Part shown: in pieces, positions 59,203-64,000 of the stretch
Layout: every line of letters begins with the position of its first letter
Position numbering within the stretch: position 1 is the first letter of the stretch
NCBI GenBank assembly: GCA_043228905.1
Contig: JBHGNT010000003.1
Span: 19,778,001-19,842,000, forward strand
Source: Azolla caroliniana
Taxonomy: Eukaryota; Plantae; Polypodiophyta
Direction: 5' to 3'
Length of the DNA stretch: 64,000 nt
The notes under the pieces: model-generated
What the model was told of the DNA's origin: nothing
Seen by the model: the letters and a program-made list of their open reading frames with translations, nothing else
The model's database searches: none
Position numbers and translations under genes: made by a program

Positions 59203-62200
59203 ACTAGATGTTCCTGGACAGATGCCACAAAGCCTTTCGGTTGCTCCATATAGATTTCCTGCTGTAGGTCACTGTGGAGGAATGTCGTTTTTACATCTAA
59301 CTGAATCAGCTCCAAGTTGTCGACGGCCACGACGCCGAGCATGAAACGAAGGGTTGTCATTTTCACCACTGGTGAAAAGATTTCGTCGAAGTCAACGCCA
59401 TATTCTTGTCAAAATCCCTTCGCAACTAATCTGGCCTTGTACTTTGGGTTGGTCGAGTCAGACGTCTCTTTTAGTCGATAGACCCACTTACACGGAAGAG
59501 CACGTCGATTCTTTGGTAATTCGACCAAGTCCCAAGTCTTGTTTGCGCGAATGGAGTGCATTTCCGACTCCATCGCCAGATGCCAGGTGGCTGAGTCGGT
59601 AGATGCCGATGCTTCTTCGTAAGACGTCGGTTCGCCGGTGTCGGTAAAGAAAATTCCGGGAGAGTACCTTTCCGGAGGTTGCGACAGTCTCTCGGATCTT
59701 CGAGGTATGACTGGACTGGTCGCACCGGGTATAGGTGTCAGATGGTCGGAAGCCAAGCCATTCGGCTGTGCTGAATCGGTGGATTTAGGACGGGAGGTGT
59801 CGATTACCCGTGAAACCGATCTCGTGTTGTGTGTTGGGCCTTCATGAAGGGTTGGCACTTCGGAAAATATTACCCTTTGGACTTCAATAGGCCTTTCAGC
59901 CGTTTTATGCATAGCCGACTCGTGGAACATGACGTCCGAACTTCAGACGATTTGTCTGTGCTTGGGGTCCCAGAGTCGGTATCTGATCTCGCCGTCGGGT
60001 CCATATCCAAGGAAAACGCATTTCTTTGATCTTGGTTCGAGTTTTCGGTGGTCGTCTTTTGGTATGAGGGCGTACGCCTCGCAGCCGAAGATCCTCAGCT
60101 TGTAATAATTTGTCTTGCTGCCAGTCCATGTTTCCTGAGGTATTTTAAGTCCTAGAGGTCTACTTGGCAACATATTTATTATGTGTACTACCGTAAGTAG
60201 AGCCTCCGCCCAAAAGCCATCCGACAGTTCGGAGTGTTGGAGCATGGATACTATGCGTTCAACAGTTCTATTCTGCTCCAAACTATAGGGTGCCGTATAT
60301 TCACGTCGAATGCCGCGTTCCCGACAAAATTTGACGAATTCGTTAGACTTGAATTCTCCTCCATTATCGGTTCGGAGACATTTTAGTTTCCGACCAGTCT
60401 GGTTTTCAACCATTGCAAGACATTCGGAGAAGATTGAGAACACCCGATCTTTGGTTCTAATGGGGTAAGCCCACACCTTCCGAGTCGAGTCGTCAATAAA
60501 ACTGACGAAGTACGAAGCACCGCTGAGAGACTGATGTGGCATCGGGCCACAGACGTCCGAGTGGAACAAATCAAGGGGACTAGATTCTCTTGGTGCTGAT
60601 GTTGGGTGTGATGCGGCTAGCTGTTTGCCGTATTGGCAATGCTCACAGAATTGGTGATCCGAGAAGGAGATCTTGGAGATGTAACCGGCTCTGGATAGGT
60701 GCGTTATGTCGGCCTTGCTGAGGTGTCCAAGTCGTCCATGCCATAACAATGACACGGGGATATCAACCAAAAATAAGTCACCGTCTTTGAGTGTGACATA
60801 TAAAGGGTACAAAGAGTGTACCTTTGGTCCTCGAGCAAGCAGGAGGTTCCCTTTGTGGAGTGTCCACCCTCCTGATGAGAACCTGGCATAGATGCTGGCT
60901 TCGTCAAGTTGTCTGACTGAGATCAAGGGTCTTGAAAGCTCAGGAATGTGTCGGACGTTGTGTAGTACGAGTGTAGAGCCACCCGGAAGGTTGAGTTCTA
61001 CGGTGCCGATTCCGATTATGGCACAGTGTTGCGAGTTCCCGACTCAAACTAAGTCGGAGTGTCGGTCCGAGTATTGCCGAAACTGAAATCGATGAGGTGT
61101 CACATGATACGATGCGCCCGAGTCCAGGAGCCATGTGCTCGATTCCTCAGTCGTAAGCAGAACTTCTGATTCGACTGGGTTCTCTATGGACAGTATGTTT
61201 GGGTCGGTCGTCAAAATTTCGGTTGAAGAGTCGACATAGTTGACCTCCTCATGCCGGCTACTCTTCTGATCCGCTCTCTGAGCTTTGTCGGTTTTTGCTT
61301 TGAGTGCCCAACAGTCAGCTTTGATGTGTCCCAGTTTCTTGCAGTAGTTGCAGATTTGGTTGTCCTGGAACTTGCTCCGGCTTCGTTGATTGTTCGGCGG
61401 TCGGGAAGAACTTCTTCCCCGGTTGTTCAGTTGGTCGGTCGAACCTTGTACTACGTAAGCTTCATCTGTCGAGTCTTTGGCAAAATACTTTCTCCGAACT
61501 GCTTCAGTCAGGATTGCGCTCGTGATTTCGCAGTTGTTGAAGCATTGCACATGGTTGTGACGAAAGTTTCCCAAGAAGAGGGGAGACTACTCATGAGTAT
61601 CATTCCTCTGAGTTCATCCTCTATTGTCGTCCCCTGAGACGATATTTGGGAGCTTAGGCTTCCGTACTCGTTGAGGTGTGCCTGAACCGAATTGGATTCT
61701 TTCATCTGCAAGTTGTAGAGGCGCTGGATTAGATACATCTTTGTTGCGGCGACCTTCTTTTCATAAGTTTCCAACAATGTTTTCCAAAGTTCAAAAGCTG
61801 TCGAGCATGATTGCACTGTGAAGTACATTGACTCGGACAAGTGCATATGAATCGTGGCGCAAACGATCCTGTCCAGCTTTAGCCACTCGTTTGCCTGGAG
61901 GATTTTCATTCTCAATCGAGTCTATTTGACCCTTGACTATGAGATATTCCTGCATTTGTTCCTTCTAGAAGTTGAAGTTCGAACCGTCTAACCTCCTTAG
62001 ACTCATCTCCGATGAGCCAGATGTTGAGGCCATCTGATTCGGTTTCAGTTGATAAGACTCTGTTCGGAGTTGACTAGGAACCTTCCTGGGGTGCAACCGG
62101 TTGGCTCACCCGATATCGTTCCAGTCGGTCTTGAACCTGAGTCGGTTTGGTTTCGGATACTTGTTTACTGAACCTTCTTGGAGTGACTCCGGTTAGCTTC

Positions 62201-62826
62201 CGATTGTATGCCGAATACTGGTCACAAGAAACTGATTGTTTAGGCCGATTTTGCTTCGGATGACTGCAACAATGAGAGGGATGGAGCCAATTGATCCTCC
62301 CGAATGTCAATCAGCCGAATGAAGCACGAATTTGGTTGTTTCCTGGAGACCAATCTCAGGTGGTTACAATCATAGGAACAGAGTACAGCCGGCTAGCTTA
62401 CGAGTTCCAATTAGTGATTTAACACAGTGAGATGCAGACTTCTTGTTTGTCTTCTCTCTTCTCTGTTCTTCAGGGGAAACAAAAACAGAATGGTGTGTGG
62501 TGTACTATGATGGCCGGCAATGGGTTGAAGAACCTCCAACGCTCTGATACCAAATTTTGGGGACAAGGTCGTCAGTGCGGAAGAACAAACAACATTTGTG
62601 ATGTTGAAGGACCTGTGTATGAGAATAAAACAAGATACACATAAAGAGAGAGAGAGAGAGAGAGAGAGGCACAAAGAAACGTTTTATTTCTTAATAGCAA
62701 TAGTTACAAATGACAACCAACCTCCACTAAAGGTTACAAAGTCACTTTATATAGTGACTATCCTAGGGCAACTGCCCTTTATGCTATTTATAGAAATAGC
62801 CCAAACTTGGGTTGTCCAAAGGGACA
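59175..62826 (-). mobile_element. Ty1/Copia element, 3'-truncated within RT; gag ATG 62033, PBS 62541-62552, 5' LTR ~62556-62826
   Basis: CNYCKKLGHIKADC, WLLDSGAS, WHGRLGH, HSDVCGP, LRTDNGGEF, CKWVY, KARLVAKGF, QLDVKT and CRLRKSLY; PBS gctctgatacca. Confidence 0.92.
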
Positions 62827-62829
62827 GTG

Positions 62830-63840
62830 TGAATACGGCCATTATACACTCGTATTTGACAGATTTATGCCCCCTAACCAAGCCACTCAAAGTATTGCAT
62901 TATGCGCCTCACTCCTTCAAACCCTATGTGTGGGTCGTCTCGGATTACTTATGGGTGATTTTAACATGTGTGTTGATGCATCTCAATCTACATCTGAACA
63001 TTCAATCATGGATGATCCTGAGCAACTTGGTTGGGGTGCATTGGCTATGGAGGTTCTGAAGTTAGATGTTTGGACATGGTTGCATGGGAATGATCTAGGT
63101 TTTACTTTCCAATCCGCTCAACATAGACAAACATGGAGTTGGTTAGATAGAATGTATGTGATGCACAATGATTCTTTTTTACCGACATCACTTCGTATGA
63201 AAGTTCTACAAGATGTAGGAACTTCAAATCCCTTTCCTATTTGTTTGGAGGTTTGTAATCATGCAATTGACATGTATAAATCCTTACTTGGAAAGCCTCC
63301 ATTATGCTTTAACTCTTCTCTTTTGCTTCAACCTCACTTTGATTCTCTCATGGAGCAAATTTTGGTAAATTGTTCACAAGAAGTGAATCTTAAAGGAGTC
63401 AAAGCATGGGATATCATGTTACGAAACATTAAGATCATTCGTCGTATGTATGGAGTAACTAATGCTCAACGAAGAAGAGGTCTTCTTCGACAATTCTCAC
63501 AAGTTCTCTCCAAGTGAAGATGTGACAACTGAGGGATGGGCTCATAGATAATCAATGTTAATCTCATTTGTTTTTCCAAGCATTACATCCTACTTATGCT
63601 CGATCAAATGTGGTACATGTGAAACAAGGGGATGAATGGATAGTGGATCCTACTACAATAATTGACATATGACATATGTGTTCATTACTTTAAGGAGTTG
63701 ATTGGCCCACAATTGTTAATTAAAAATGAGGTGGGTAGAGCACGTCATGAGTTTTATGATGTGCTTGGATGTATTGTGCATGATCTCATTAGTCATGAAT
63801 TGGATGCGGATTTCATTGAGGATGAGGTGGACACAATGTT
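62830..63840 (+). pseudogene. LINE (L1/Tx1-like) ORF2 fragment: APE endonuclease and linker
   Basis: MGDFN, DVW, FTF, WSWLDRMYV, an SDH-like TSNPFPI and (F)NSSLL. Confidence 0.8.
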
Positions 63841-64000
63841 GTCCGCCGGAAGTGGACAAATGTAAATAACGCATGGGAAAGAAATGTATTATTATACTAG
63901 GAACGTTAAGTAACGCGTGCAATAGTTCACACAGGAAGCGTAACCGACTAAGCCCTGTGTATATAAAGGGCAGAAGAACAATGTAATAGCTAGCGCCTTT

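Overview
Eukaryotic land-plant DNA, most likely from a non-seed plant such as a fern. This is an inference from a PLS-type PPR remnant, intronless dirigent genes and the mix of transposon types. The window is mostly nested transposable elements. (1) 1-700: 5' end of a Copia element. (2) 745-17130: near-perfect 8193-bp tandem duplication of two gag-only, tRNA-Trp-primed LTR elements, one inserted antiparallel into the other with a 4-bp TSD. (3) 18843-38518: a self-priming Tcn1/Tf1-type Gypsy element whose LTRs carry a tRNA-like module. It hosts a second chromovirus and a 7.95-kb TIR DNA transposon. (4) 39-43.5 kb: Copia, PPR and LINE remnants. (5) 43.4-57.1 kb: three dirigent-like genes, two from a recent tandem duplication with a Penelope-like RT element and a minimal hammerhead ribozyme at the junction. 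(6) 59-64 kb: a SINE-like element, a Copia and a LINE. The most notable feature is the Sola-like DNA transposon at 19781-27730 (37-bp TIRs, CATA TSD). Divergently from its transposase it encodes a spliced gene fusing a ParB/Srx-like domain to a prokaryote-type beta-class N6A/N4C DNA methyltransferase. This copy is pseudogenised. All family calls come from motif recognition by eye; no database searches were run.
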